Assembly (NCBI RefSeq): GCF_009914755.1
Contig: NC_060926.1
Length of the DNA: 64,000 bases
Reading direction: 5' to 3' (one strand)
From: the human T2T-CHM13v2.0 reference genome, Homo sapiens
Both the position numbers and the translations under genes were made by a program. The notes under the pieces were generated by a model. It saw only the letters and a list, made by a program, of their open reading frames with translations, was not told the origin of the DNA and made no database searches. Each line of letters begins with the position of its first letter. Positions within the stretch are counted from its first letter, which is position 1. Positions 35,705-48,082 of this stretch are shown piece by piece.

Positions 35705-38315
35705 ATTTCCTTGTTTTGATGACATTAGACATTTTTAAAGGGTACTAGTCAGGTATTTTGTGAAATGTTTCTCAATTGTAATTTGTCTGATTTGTTCTCA
35801 TAATTACATTTTGGTTATGGGTTTTGATAAGGAAGACCACAGAGGTAAACTGCCAATTTCATCGCTTCATATCAAGTCGACATCCTATCAACATGACTTC
35901 TCACAGTGCATGTTGACTTCTCTTGATCACTAGGCTGAGGTAGTGTTTTTCCAGTTTCTTCACTAAGTCACTCTCTTCTTCCCTTTATCCACACTGCACA
36001 CTTTGGAAGGAAGTCCTTATGTGCAAACCAGACTCAAGAAGTGGAGAGTTATGCTCTCTTTCTTGAGGATGAAGTATCTAAAATTGAAATTTATTTGAAA
36101 TTCTTCTGCTCAGATTTACTTCTTCTCTTCCATTTATTCAATAATTGATTTATTTCCGCATAGACTCGTGGATATTTGTTTCCGTGGTTTGAGTTATAGT
36201 TTAATTCTGCCTTATTAACATTGTTGCTCTGATTGTTCCAGCTCTGACCAGCTCTTTCAGTGCGCTCCTGTGTCCCATGTGCTTATCGCCATCACTCACA
36301 TTGTGTAGTGTGTGTGTGTGTGTATGCATGCGTGTGTGTGTGTTTGACCATTCCCTTCTTACTCTTAGGCTCTACAAAATGCTTCATGCTTGTCTTGTAT
36401 ATTTCCTGCTACAGTCCTAGAATCACCCATTTCCCCAGGTTACCTAGTTCCTTTATTGAAGAATGGTATTTGAAACCAAGATTTGGGCACTCTATGTGCT
36501 AGCTGCTACTAGGGTATGGTTGTTTCTAGGCCCTCTCAGCTGAGAGCAAGAAAATAAATTTGTGTATACTAACCCATGTGTATGCAAATACCTGTAAATA
36601 TTTTTCTATGAAGCCATCTTATATTATGCTAAACATGAGTTCATGCTGTTTCCAATCCTAATCCATCACCATATAGATTATGCTAGCTTTCACCCCTTAC
36701 TTATTTCCAAATTCCCAGACCAACAATAAGAAATGTGGCTCCCGCCTCCACCATACATTTATGTAATTATTCCATCTCAGTATACATGAGTAGCAGTATC
36801 AGAATGTTACACTGTCCTCCAGTGAGAGACAACTTGATCAGTTAGAGTACCATGCTTATGTATAGCTGAATTTGCCTTAGACATATAGACTCTATTCTCT
36901 TTTACTCCCCGCTCCCTTCAGCGAGGTTATTTCGTGTATTTGTCATATAGTTAAATTGTTTCCACATTCTGCATTCCATATTGGTATCCCTGACCTCCTA
37001 AATTATTTTATTATTTGTTTACATTAAAGTTTACTCTTTGTGATGAAAAGTTATATCGGTCTTGGTAAATGCATAGCTATTTCTCCACAATAAAATGTTA
37101 CATAGTACAGTTTCACCTCCTTAAAAAATCCTATGTGCTTCACCTATTCAACCTTCCCAACTTCCCCAAAACAAGGGGCAGTACTGATTTTTGCTATGTC
37201 TATAGTTTTGCCTTTTCTAGAATGCTGTATAAGAATCATACAGCTTATAACTTTTTAGAACTGACTCCTTTCACATAACAATATACATTTAAAATTCATT
37301 CATGTCTTTTCATAGCTTAATAGCTCTTTTTTTTATCATTAAATAATATTACATTGTATGAAGGCACCACAGTTTGTATATTCATTTGCAAATTAAAGAA
37401 AATGGTGGCTGCTTCTAGTTTGGGGTCTACATAAATAAGGTTACTATAAACATTCACATGCAAGCTTTTATGTGGACATAACATTTCAAATCAGCTGAGT
37501 AGATACCTAAAAAGAGAGATTGCTGGATCTTATGGTAGGTTTTTCTTTTGTTGTTGTTGTTGTTTTTTGAGACGGAGTCTCACTCTGTCGCCCAGGCTGG
37601 AGTGCAGTGGCGCGATCTTGGCTCACTGAAAGCTCCGCCTCCTGGGTTCACGCCATCCTCCTGCTTCAGCCTCCCGAGTAGCTGGGACTACAGGCGCCCG
37701 CCACCACGCCTGGCTAATTTTTTTTGCATTTTTAGTAGAGACGGGGTTTCACTGTGTTAGCCAGGATGGTCTCGATCTCCTGACCTCATGATCCGCCCGC
37801 CTTGGCCTCCCAAAGTGCTGGGATTGCAGGCGTGAGCCACTGCGCCCGACCCTTATGGTAGGTTTTTAAGAAATTATCAAACTGCTTTCCAACTTGTCTG
37901 TAGCCTTGAATGTCCACCACCAATGATGACAGTCCCTGTCGCTCTGCTTTCTCTCCAGCAACTATCATTGTCAGTTTTGGGGATTTTAGATGTTCTAATA
38001 GGTGTGTAATGACATCTTGTTGTTTTAAGTTGAAGTTCTCTAACGATAACAGATGTGAAGCATATTTCCATATACTTATTCACCATCTATATATCTTCTT
38101 CGCTGAGGTGTTTATTCGGATGTTTTACCCATTTTTAACTGGATTATTTGGTTTATTTATTGTTGAGTTTAAAAACTTCTTCGTATATTTTGGATATAAG
38201 TTCTTTATCACATTTATGTTTTCAGATATTTTCTCTCAGTCTATGGCTTGACCTTTCATTCTTATAACAGTGTTTTCCACAGAGTAAAGGTTTTAAATTT
38301 TAATAAAATTCAAAC
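35705..38315 (-). mobile_element. L1MD/L1MC-type 3' region, interrupted by an AluY
   Basis: aggaagaccacagaggtaaactgcc, cctagaatcacccatttcccc and the ORF2 end tttggatataagttctttatca. Confidence 0.85.
37545..37851 (-). mobile_element. AluY
   Basis: Diagnostic aagctccgcctcctgggttcacgcca and gttagccaggatggtctcgatc; perfect 16-bp TSD cttatggtaggttttt (37529-37544 / 37852-37867). Confidence 0.97.
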
Positions 38316-38378
38316 TCTGTACAACATGAAGTCCAAGTATTTATTTTTATGTTAATTTTATATTCCAGTAGGTGACTG

Positions 38379-38548
38379 AATAGTTTGAATATTTATGTTA
38401 GGTTTATCACTGATCTCCTTTCGTTTTCTAGTTTTGCAATCATCTCATCTGAAAATAGAGTTTAATAGTTTGAATATTTATGTTAGGTTTATCACTGATC
38501 TCCTTTCGTTTTCTAGTTTTGCAATCATCTCATCTGAAAATAGAGTTT
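38379..38548. repeat. Perfect 85-bp tandem duplication
   Basis: 38379-38463 and 38464-38548 are identical base by base. Confidence 0.97.
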
Positions 38549-39415
38549 TACTATTTTTGCAAACCTTATTCTTCAAATTGATTTCTCTTGTCTGATTACA
38601 TTCACTAATAAATCCCATACAGTGCTAAGTAGTGAAGGAGATAATGGGCATTCTTGCTTTGTCTATACACATTTTAATTACTCATTAACAATTTCCCAAC
38701 TTATTACATTATCTAGTTGATATTAACTTTACTTAATAAAATTTAATGATTGAAATTATCTGTCATCTTATTATTATGATTCTCTCAAACACAGAGTGAA
38801 ATGTATTATCCTATTGGACAAACTATAATTATTGTTCTCTATATGGCGCCTCTCTTGTTTTATTTATGTATTATGTTTGAAATCCTGTTCTTTGTTCTTA
38901 TTTTATTCTCCCAAATGCAAATACTTTATTGAATTGAATTAATATTCTTAAATTTTTATGTCTATTAAAAATATGCCAGGGTGTCTTGTGAGAATATGTT
39001 AAAGACACATAAATTATGCCTTGTTAGCAAAATATTCTGTTTCTTACTTTATTCATTAAGTATTGTGTTTTTAAAAGTTTTGGTCCTACTAAGTTTACAC
39101 CTAGCTTGTGTTTCAATTTTTTAGAAGTCTATAGCATTTATCCACCATAATTTATTTGCACAATCTCCACTTAGAGACAAAAAGATCACTTTCAACTCTC
39201 ACTTCATCATATTTGGCTTCTTTTACCCTATTTGTGATAATATGGAGCCAGATGTGAAATAAATGTATATAGAATATAAATATAAATAACTTACAATGTA
39301 CTGAGATGCTGCACATCAAAATGGCCTCACCAGTGTAAACTCCCACAAACACTGGCTGATTGTCTGAGTTTTCCAAAATTCCTACTACTACTTGGCACCA
39401 TTCTTAAATATATAT

Positions 39416-39418
<3 letters not shown>

Positions 39419-39478
<60 letters not shown>
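39419..39478. repeat. (GT)30 perfect microsatellite
   Basis: Direct reading. Confidence 0.98.
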
Positions 39479-39481
<3 letters not shown>

Positions 39482-39527
39482 GGTTGCTTTTTTTGTATTT
39501 TCTATTTTTTTTTCGCTTCTGCCTGAT

Positions 39528-39981
39528 TGTGATGTTTAATTTTATGTGTCAACTTGGCTAGGCCAAAATATGAGACATTTGGTCAAACATTATTCTATAT
39601 ATTTCTGTGAAGGTATTTTTGGGGTGGGATTAACATTTAAACTGGTAGAATTTTAGCAGAGCAAATTGTCCTTTGTAATGTGAATGAACATCATCCAATT
39701 ATTTGAAGACCTTAAGAAAACACTGAACCTCCCCTGAAGAGGAGATAATAATTCCAGAAGAATAAAACTGTGTCTTTGGACTCAAACTGCATCTCTTCCT
39801 TAGGTCTTTAATCTGCCAGCCTACTCTACAGGTTTTGAGCTTGCTAGCCTCCACATCACGAGTCAATTCCTTAAATAATCTCTCACTCTCTCTCTCTATA
39901 TATATATGTATATATGTATACACACACACCCCACCCTGCATTTTACTGGTTTTGTTTCTCTGGAGAACACTGACTAGTAAA
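39528..39981 (+). mobile_element. MLT2B-type ERVL solo LTR
   Basis: tgtgatgtttaattttatgtgtcaacttggctaggcc...ctctggagaacactgactagta; internal (CT)(AT)(AC) tract; TSD ctgat/ctgac. Confidence 0.92.
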
Positions 39982-41479
39982 CTGACTTTCATAATATTTT
40001 TAGTGGCTAATATATTTGTATCTAAATTTTTTGGTAATCCTTAATATAACCAAAGTTATTTCAGGTGTTCTATTATTGCAAGTTTATGAGGAATGAGTCA
40101 TTTTTCTGTTTTTTGACCCTTATCAATTACGTTTCTTAGAATTACATTTCTTCATGCATTTTGCAAATGTCTTACCTTTGATTTGAAATTCTTTGTTTTT
40201 CCTATTCTCTCATCTGCTTTCATTGTACCCATTTTGGAATTGCTTTCACCTGGCTCCCTGTCACTTAGTCTAAAACTAGGTCTTATATGTAAATTCCAAA
40301 CCTACAATGACATTGAGGATAGATAACAGGACCTTGTCACTAGCCTCCTCTAAGGTATACAACTTTATATGGGACATTGTTCAGTCAATGCCATAAGAGT
40401 TTGATTTGCTTCTTTGTTTGTTTATTGCCCCCAGCCCTACCACTACCATTCTTGCTTTTTAGCAGTGATCTTAGTTCTAGTGCCCACTTTCTGATAAGCA
40501 GTATAAGTACTTGTTATACTATGAGAATCAAACATCCATCTGCCTTTGTCTGCTTAAAGAGTTGCCATAAAAGCCCAAGCTTGAGCCCTTCCCTGGACTC
40601 TGTTTCTTGTCCACAGTCTGCATGAATAATTTATTGTATCTAGCCATTACAGGATAAGTTTCAAAACTCTTAACACAGAAACGTTCACCATCTTTAAAAT
40701 GTTAGAATATAAAACAAGCACCACTGACAGACCCCAAATGAATAAAAAACAAATAAATAATGAATGGGTAAACATTAAAAATATGATTACATTTACACTT
40801 TATAGCTGTTAAGAGAGAGGTTGGTGGAATATAGTAGGCAAGAAGAAATCATAATTTGACAGCTAAGTAGGATGTGTTTTATCATCTTTGAATTTAGAAA
40901 AGAATTAGTGGAGAATGTGGGATTTTAAGAACTGCATAAAAGAGGGGAAAAAGAGAGCTGAGTATGCTAACAAAGAATTCATTTTACTACATTACTCTAC
41001 ATATTAGTATTTACTTCTTGGTTAGTTTTGTAGCAGTTTGCCTTATGATGTTCTCTTTTTGCTTAGGTAAGCATTTCTGAAGTTACAAAGTCTATAAGAT
41101 GTTTTGACAAAAGGAAAAAAAAGTATTTTTACACTAGAGTTTTAGAATTGCCTTATTTTAATTACTCTTTTCCCTTGCCTCCAAAAAAAAAAACCTGAAC
41201 AATATTACCTACTGTGAGACTTTTCTGTCAGGTGGAAAATTATATAACCTAGTGGAAAACACAGCTGATGCCCTTCACTGTATATGGAAAAAAACAATAA
41301 ACCTGGCACACACTGTTTTCTTTGTCTTGCTTTATGAGTGATATTTCTCCAGAGATAGCCATATCTGGACATCAGGGTTACTTTGACAATAGTTGGAATA
41401 AAAGACTACCCGGCTGAGATCTTGGACCAGATGATCTTAAAAAGTTCTTAGAACCATGACATTATATGATGCTTTGCAT

Positions 41480-41672
41480 CAGGCACTGTAATGTGGTAGA
41501 AATAACAAGAAATTTTAAGTAATATGATATGAATTTTATATCTGGTTTGTCATTTACTAGTTGTATAAACTTGAAATCCATGAAGCTCAATCTCCTAGTT
41601 TTTAAAATGTGACTAACAATACTTACTGTCTGTTGTGAAAATACATTGAAAGAACGAATATAAATCACACAC
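41480..41672 (+). mobile_element. MIR
   Basis: catttactagttgtataaacttg...ctagtttttaaaatg...aatacttac. Confidence 0.65.
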
Positions 41673-41687
41673 TAAAAATGAATTACA

Positions 41688-41911
41688 GACCAGGTGCGGT
41701 GGCTCAATGCCTGTAATCCCACACTTTGGGAGGCTGAGGCAGGCAAATCACTTGAGGTTAGGAGTTCAAGACGAGTCTGGCTAACATGGTGAAACCCCAT
41801 CTCTACTAAAAATACAAAAATTAGCTGGGCATGGTGGTATGTGCCTGTAGTCCCAGCTACTCGGGAGGCAGACCATGAGAATAACTTGAACCCAGGAGGC
41901 AGAGGTTGCAG
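41688..41911 (+). mobile_element. AluS, 3'-truncated (no tail)
   Basis: Complete left arm and linker; the right arm stops at gaggttgcag. Confidence 0.93.
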
Positions 41912-42077
41912 CAAAAGAATTATATTTTCTCTCTTCTATAAAATAGAGGATGACTGGAGAAAATTTTAGATAATTGTGGTGTTTTAAGATATTGAAATAT
42001 AATTTTAAGATACTGAAACACAATCACTTCACTTATGAATCAGCTAATGGAAAACACACATTCACACAGTTTCCCAG

Positions 42078-42080
<3 letters not shown>

Positions 42081-42108
<28 letters not shown>
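42081..42108. repeat. (CT)14 microsatellite
   Basis: Direct reading. Confidence 0.95.
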
Positions 42109-42113
<5 letters not shown>

Positions 42114-42911
42114 AACAACACAACACACTTACCTTGAAGGATTATTTTAACAGGGTATCTCTACCTCCTTCCTTTTTTGGCAATAGCTCGATTTTGAAAC
42201 TAATAAAGTTTTCTTTATTTATCATGAAAATACCACTTTGGACTCACTGAAATTTTTATTACATAAACTGATAAATTTTATGTTATATAATGTAAGGATC
42301 AATAAAGACATTTTTAAAATGTACCTGTACACTTAATAAACTAGTTTTCTTTAGAAATATCCACTGATTTTGCTGTTCATCAGAATTTTACACCAAGAGC
42401 TGCTGATTAATTCAACTCCTTTGGTGTGATGGCCAATGGATTGTCTGCTTATCAATGTAGCATTGATCCTGTTTGACAACAATGAATAGTCACTGGCATG
42501 CTAATTTATGACTTTTAAAAATGTCTGATCTGCTGTAAAGCCACAAAAACTCTACTAAATATGATATGCAATGACCATATCATTACTATGATATCAAAAC
42601 AACTTTCTCTACCAATACAGGAAATTTTTTTCTTGGATACCCTTTTATAAAAAATTGGTAAAATTTTTGTATATTAGACTAAAATTTCACTTGTAGTGTG
42701 TATTTTGAATCTACTTTATTGCTGGCTGTTATTTAAATTATGTTTTCGTATTGTTTGGAATCAGAAGAAATATATCGAGCTGCTTCCAGAGTGGCAAAAC
42801 CTTCAAAAACTTCAAAAAGAAAATATTTGAACTAACAAAAAATGAATTGTAAGATGGTAGAAACAAAGCAAAAATTAAGAAACATTAAATTTTAATAATA
42901 ATGACAACACT

Positions 42912-43085
42912 ATCATTTAATTCTCATAAGAGTTACTACTCTTCCTGTTTCCACAGATGAAAACACTGAGATAGAGAGAAGCTAAGTAACTTGCCAAAGG
43001 CCACCCTTGTACTAACTACTGGAGCTGGGATTGCAACTCAGTAAATCTGACCCTGGAATCTATTATTTTATGCTCTATGCAGCCT
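42912..43085 (-). mobile_element. MIR
   Basis: acagatgaaaacactgag...agctaagtaacttgccaaaggccac...ggagctgggattg. Confidence 0.85.
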
Positions 43086-43774
43086 CATATTAGTAGCACA
43101 AAATTTAGACAACAAAATATATGTGAAAATATCTCTCACATTTCCTGGATAATGTTTGATGAATCTGGATTTAAATTACCTTCAAGACTCATACAAATCA
43201 AAGCTTCTTTGAATAACATAATCTTTCATGGAGATTTTTTATGACAAGTTTGATAATTTCTCCTTCTTAGTTTCTGAAAATAATTAGGAGAAATTTATAT
43301 ATTGTAAAGATAAGTGGTTGAGAACTTCTGGTTTCTGGTCTAAGAGGTAAAGAACTTCGAAGTTGTCCCTCCCGTCTCACAAGATAAAAGGTGAACAAAC
43401 TGAATCAATAACTGTTCTTAGACCCATCAGAAAACTGAGGTTATAGAGCAAACTTCTGACTCCAAAATTGGTGATATAGACAGGTAGATACGGAAAAGCA
43501 CAGATTTCTAGGATGAAAAGCCCAGGAGCGGTAGCCTGCAGCTGGAGCTAATATCAGTGGGATCACTTTAAGTTATCATTGACGAATTGCTCTAGATTCA
43601 GGTTAGACTAACTTGAGAGTTAAAATACTCTGAAAAAGCCTCAGTATTGGAGTGGAGGGGGCACACTCATGTGAGTTTTACCTCCAGGAATCTTGCCAGG
43701 CTCTCACTGTGAAGACTGAAGAAAAATCCCCTCATACTCTGGCAGGAATAGAGGGAAAGTAATTATTTTGAAAT

Positions 43775-44829
43775 TGTAAACTAAAAAATAAAATCCTCAG
43801 TCACCTAACCACTGATCAAAACCCCCTTGGCCAAGAGAACCTCAGAGAAATCTTGAAAACTGAGTTTCTAGACATAATAAAATGGAAAGTCTCACACGCC
43901 TCGTTATAACCCTTCCCTTTTGTAGTTTAGACACAACTGACCGGCATTAATATTAAAATAGAGATAGCAATACTGACAGCACAAACTCTTTGTCACAATA
44001 AAGATAGTGAAGTATAAACAAGATCCAAGGCCATGACAGGCAAGGGTTATGTCACCCATCCCTACACTTAAGGGATAAACTAAGTTCTAACTGCCACAAG
44101 GTTTTTCTTTTTCTCTTGCAGCCATACAAGCACTGGCCTTGAGAAAAGCAATCTTAAAACAATTGTGGCTCACCACCGGATGCTGGCTAACTGACCCCCC
44201 TCTTCTGCAAGCCATAACTATTAGGTTGTTGCAAAAATAATTGCAATTTTTACAAATACTAATACAGCTTTGACGGGACAAGGGACTAATTGCAGTAACT
44301 CTCTACTCAAAAGAAAACCACTGAACGAATGGAATTAACAAATCTTTTTAGACCCATCAGAGAACTGAGGTTACAGAGCAAACTTCTGACTCCAAAACTA
44401 GTGATACAGACAGGCAGATATGGAAAACCATGGATTTGGCCAGTTTACGTAAAGAGGCCAAAATGCCTTCCTGTCCCTGCTTCACCTTTTGATGTAGAGG
44501 GCCTAATTGTGACATTTAAATATTAAGTCATCCCCCTAAAGTGAACATGGTCGTATATTACATGCGTTAGTTCAGTACTCATGCATCAGGACCGCCTTCA
44601 TGAATATTCATAGCTCTTTCTGTAACATGTTGGATATGGTATACTTGACCAACCTGTTCAGCTTAAATTTCTATTTTACCCCCCTTCTCCCTCAAAGTGC
44701 GTGCCTAACAGTCTGCCAGAGGCTATGCTTTTCAGCCTTTTAGGACTGCCAGCCCTCAGGCTATAACCCTTTGTTAGAAATAAAGTCTCCTTTCCAAATT
44801 TATAAAATATGTGATTTTTTAAGTTAACA
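43775..44829 (+). mobile_element. MER4D-like ERV1 solo LTR with two internal insertions
   Basis: tgtaaactaaaaaataaaatcc...agttaaca; aataaa signal; perfect 4-bp TSD aaat (43771-43774 / 44830-44833). Confidence 0.88.
44221..44262. mobile_element. MADE1 (mariner MITE), internally collapsed
   Basis: ttaggttgttgcaaaaataattgc...ctaa flanked by a TA duplication inside the LTR. Confidence 0.75.
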
Positions 44830-44876
44830 AAATTTACCCAGGGTTCTTTGCTCTTAAAAGGGCTTGCCCTAAGGGA

Positions 44877-44924
44877 TTGTTTTGTTTTGTTTTGTTTTGT
44901 TTTGTTTTGTTTTGTTTTGTTTTT
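44877..44924. repeat. (TTTTG)n pentanucleotide repeat
   Basis: About 9 units, direct reading. Confidence 0.95.
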
Positions 44925-45013
44925 AACTAGAGGCTAACCCAATGGGGTTTTACCAAAGATTAACCTGGGGAAAGAAAAATATCCAACTCAAGTTCACTTA
45001 ATAACTGACACCA

Positions 45014-46011
45014 ACTAGTCATCAGAGAAATGCAAATCAGAACCACAATGAGCTATCATCTCACTCATGTTAGAATGGTCATTATCAAAAAGATAAAAAA
45101 ATAAGTGTTGGCAGGGATGTGGAGAAAAGGGAACCCTTACACACTGTTGGTGGGAATGTAAATCAGTATGATATGAAAAACAGTATGGAAGTTCCTCAAA
45201 AATTAAAAATAGAACTACCATATGATCCAGCAATCCCACTTCTAGGCATATATCCAAAAGAAAAAAAAATTTAGTACAGCAAATCCTCAAATAACATGAT
45301 TTTGTTCAACTTTATTTTATTAGAAAGGGGACACTGTCTGTGTGGAGTTTGCACATTCTTCCCATGTCTGCCTGAGTTTTTTCCAGGGATTCTGATTCAC
45401 TCCCACATCCCAAGATGTGAATATTATGTTCATTAGTGTGTCTAAATGGTCCTAGTGTGAGTGAGTGTGGCTGTGTGTGTGTGCCCTGTGATGGGACAAT
45501 GTCCTCTCTGGAGTTGACTCCCACCTTCTGCCCCGAGCTGTTGGGATAGGCTCTGGCCACCAGCTACCCTGAACTGGAGTAATTGGGTAAATAATCACCT
45601 AACATGTTTTAATTAATATATTTAAATGTATATATAGCTTACATTTATTTCAATGTTTAATATTAAAAGTGTTTGGGGTTTTTATTTAGAAGTTTGGGGT
45701 TTTTTATATGGCCAGAAATATGCCATAGAAACTTAACTCATTTATATCAATTAGCTCAGGGTAAAATTGGTTTTGTTATATGTTGTTTTCTTTAAAGTTG
45801 CAATTTCCAAAAATATCTCAACAACATTAAGTGAGGGCTTACCATATATTGAAGAGACATCTGCACTCCTGTGTTTATTGCAGAATTAAATTCACAATAG
45901 CCAAATATGGAATCAACCTAATAAAGAAACTGTGGTATATGTGCACAATGGAATACCATTAAGCCTTGAAAAAGAAGGAAATCCTGTCATTTGTGACAAT
46001 GTGGACTGAAC
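45014..46011 (+). mobile_element. L1MA-type ORF2 3' fragment split by MER6A
   Basis: catcagagaaatgcaaatcagaaccacaatgag...gatccagcaatcccacttctagg; resumes after MER6A with gaagagacatctgcactcc. Confidence 0.88.
45277..45844 (+). mobile_element. MER6A (TcMar-Tigger DNA transposon)
   Basis: cagcaaatcctcaaataac...actgtctgtgtggagtttgcacattcttcccatgtctg...gtgagggcttac; TA on both flanks. Confidence 0.88.
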
Positions 46012-46569
46012 TATTATATATATAACAAATTCAATGGGGGAAAAGGAAACTAACACCTAATGTCAATAATAGAGCAATATATATAGAACTTCTCATTTCC
46101 ATATCATATCAACACATCAAGAGGGCTCCAGTATAACAACACAGGACTAAGATAACAGGAGAGCCAGAAACAAAGAAAAAATAGGAAATTTTAGGCTCTT
46201 ACATCACAGCCACAACTAACAACAAATAAAGCCTAAATCCTAACCAGATAAACATAAATATTACACTAAAGGCTCACACACCTTAGTTCCTTTTACCTGA
46301 TTTACAGTTATAAATATGGTAGAAATAAATCCAACTACATAATCACTTTAAATGCGAATAATATGAATATACCAATTAAAAGATACAGACTGCCAACGTA
46401 GATTTAAAAAAAAAATGAGACTCAACTCTACATTGATTATAAGAAAGATAAATGGTTAAGTTGAAAATTTTTGTTATTCAAGGAAAAAGTACTTATTCAT
46501 CTTTCTTAATATTTACTTTTTTCTATACATTATTTCGATATCTTTGTATCTGGCACATTCTTTAAAATA

Positions 46570-47070
46570 CTTCGCAATGTGAATAACAGAAACCCAACTC
46601 AAACTGGTTTAAGCAGTGAAGTGAACATTCCAGACCTTGGAATACATTTATCTAAAAACCTCAGGTCTAAAACCTTGACCTCAACTCAGAACTCAAACTG
46701 TCATGGGAAGCTGGTTTCTCTCTCTATCTACTTCATTTCCCTATGTGATGTCATTCTTAAACAGATTTTAAGAGGGCTGTCAAAAGTGCCTAGGTTCAGA
46801 GTCAACCAGAAATAGTGAGATTATTTCCCCTCATTTGGAACCAAACTCATTTTGTTTCACTGCTCCCTATGACTTAGGTGGCCATCCCTAATCCCAACAT
46901 AGTCACCTAAACAATGTAATATACTGTGTGGATTTGGTCTATGTGCAGTAACTGCCACTGGCAACACTTGAGACAAGTGGGAGGAATGTATGATCTTCTG
47001 AAGGGAAAAATGTGTACAGTTACTAGGACAAGGGTCATAGAAGCTGGACTGCAAAAATCAATGTCCACTC
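46570..47070 (-). mobile_element. Old MLT1 (J/K/L-type) LTR
   Basis: aataacagaaacccaactcaaactggtttaagca...aatgtccactcca. Confidence 0.65.
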
Positions 47071-48082
47071 CATGTAGTTGAAATACAATATCAGGAATAT
47101 TTTTCTACATTGTATTCAATTTACTCATTGTTCATTTCCACATGGCTTCTAATATGTTACTGGGAAACTGAACTTCTTTAAACCAAACCATACTGAACTG
47201 AAAGAATGTGAATTATAATGAATTGAAGAGGTGGATATTGGAGATTCCTCCTAACTGCATGATTTTGTAGGTAATAGCATTAAGAAAGATTAAGGGAATA
47301 AACTGGCTTTTCATTCATCCTCCAATTCAAAATAAACAGTAGTTTAAACAGGGAACAATACAAAAACAAGTAATAATTATCTAAGGTATGAAAGTGTTGT
47401 TTCCTAGCATATGTGATTTTAAAGTTGCCAAAGGATAGGAGCTTTCTTTGATCATTAGTTTTTGAGCTTTTTGCCATAATGCTGCCACATTTTGCTGTGG
47501 TGGTTCTATATAATAGCAATAAATCTTTAACAGGGAAAATATGTGGAAGGACAATTATAAGCACTTCAGAAACATCTCTTGACATTTTTAGAATGAGATT
47601 CACGTTAGGTTCACCCACTTCTACATTTAGGCCTGACCTTTTCGTATCAAGAGATTATATCAGATAGGTACTGCACATCAGCAATGGCTAATTAAAACAT
47701 CTTACTGAAAGCAAGATAGGAAGGGAGAGAAAAATAATAAAAAATGAACATATATTTGCCTCCAATATATACATATTGCATTTTTCCAATCTAATTAGTC
47801 AACATCATGTAAAATCTTTCTTGTTTCTGAAATGAAGCATAATCATATTTTACTTACTGAACATCAAGTTGCATGATATGAGAAGATGTTTGTTACGAAC
47901 ACAAAATGAACATTTGATTCTTGTCAAATGTATGAAAAAAAAATTGTCTTCCATAAACACTGAATTTCCTAAGCATTTATACATCTCAGAAAATTTAGAA
48001 CTTCACTCTCAAACTGCTATCCCACCAAAGCTTAAAAACTAACTAGGTATATAAGATGGAAACATTATTGATGTGACTTTAT

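Larger units (their letters stand above)
43320..46450 (+). mobile_element. Old L1M 5' region/ORF2 start, fragmented by MER4D, an L1MA piece and MER6A
   Basis: acttctggtttc start; pieces ~43320-43774, 44830-45000 and 46100-46450, the last with aatcactttaaatgcgaat...ccaattaaaagatacagactg (ORF2 EN start). Confidence 0.6.

Noticed and set aside
38379-38548. Direct repeats (here, 7377, 22336, 53349) as a CRISPR-like array
   Set aside because: Only two copies each, no spacer series, no cas genes, and a primate context.
47280-47667. 112-aa and 62-aa overlapping ORFs in unique-looking DNA
   Set aside because: No recognisable homology or convincing splice context.
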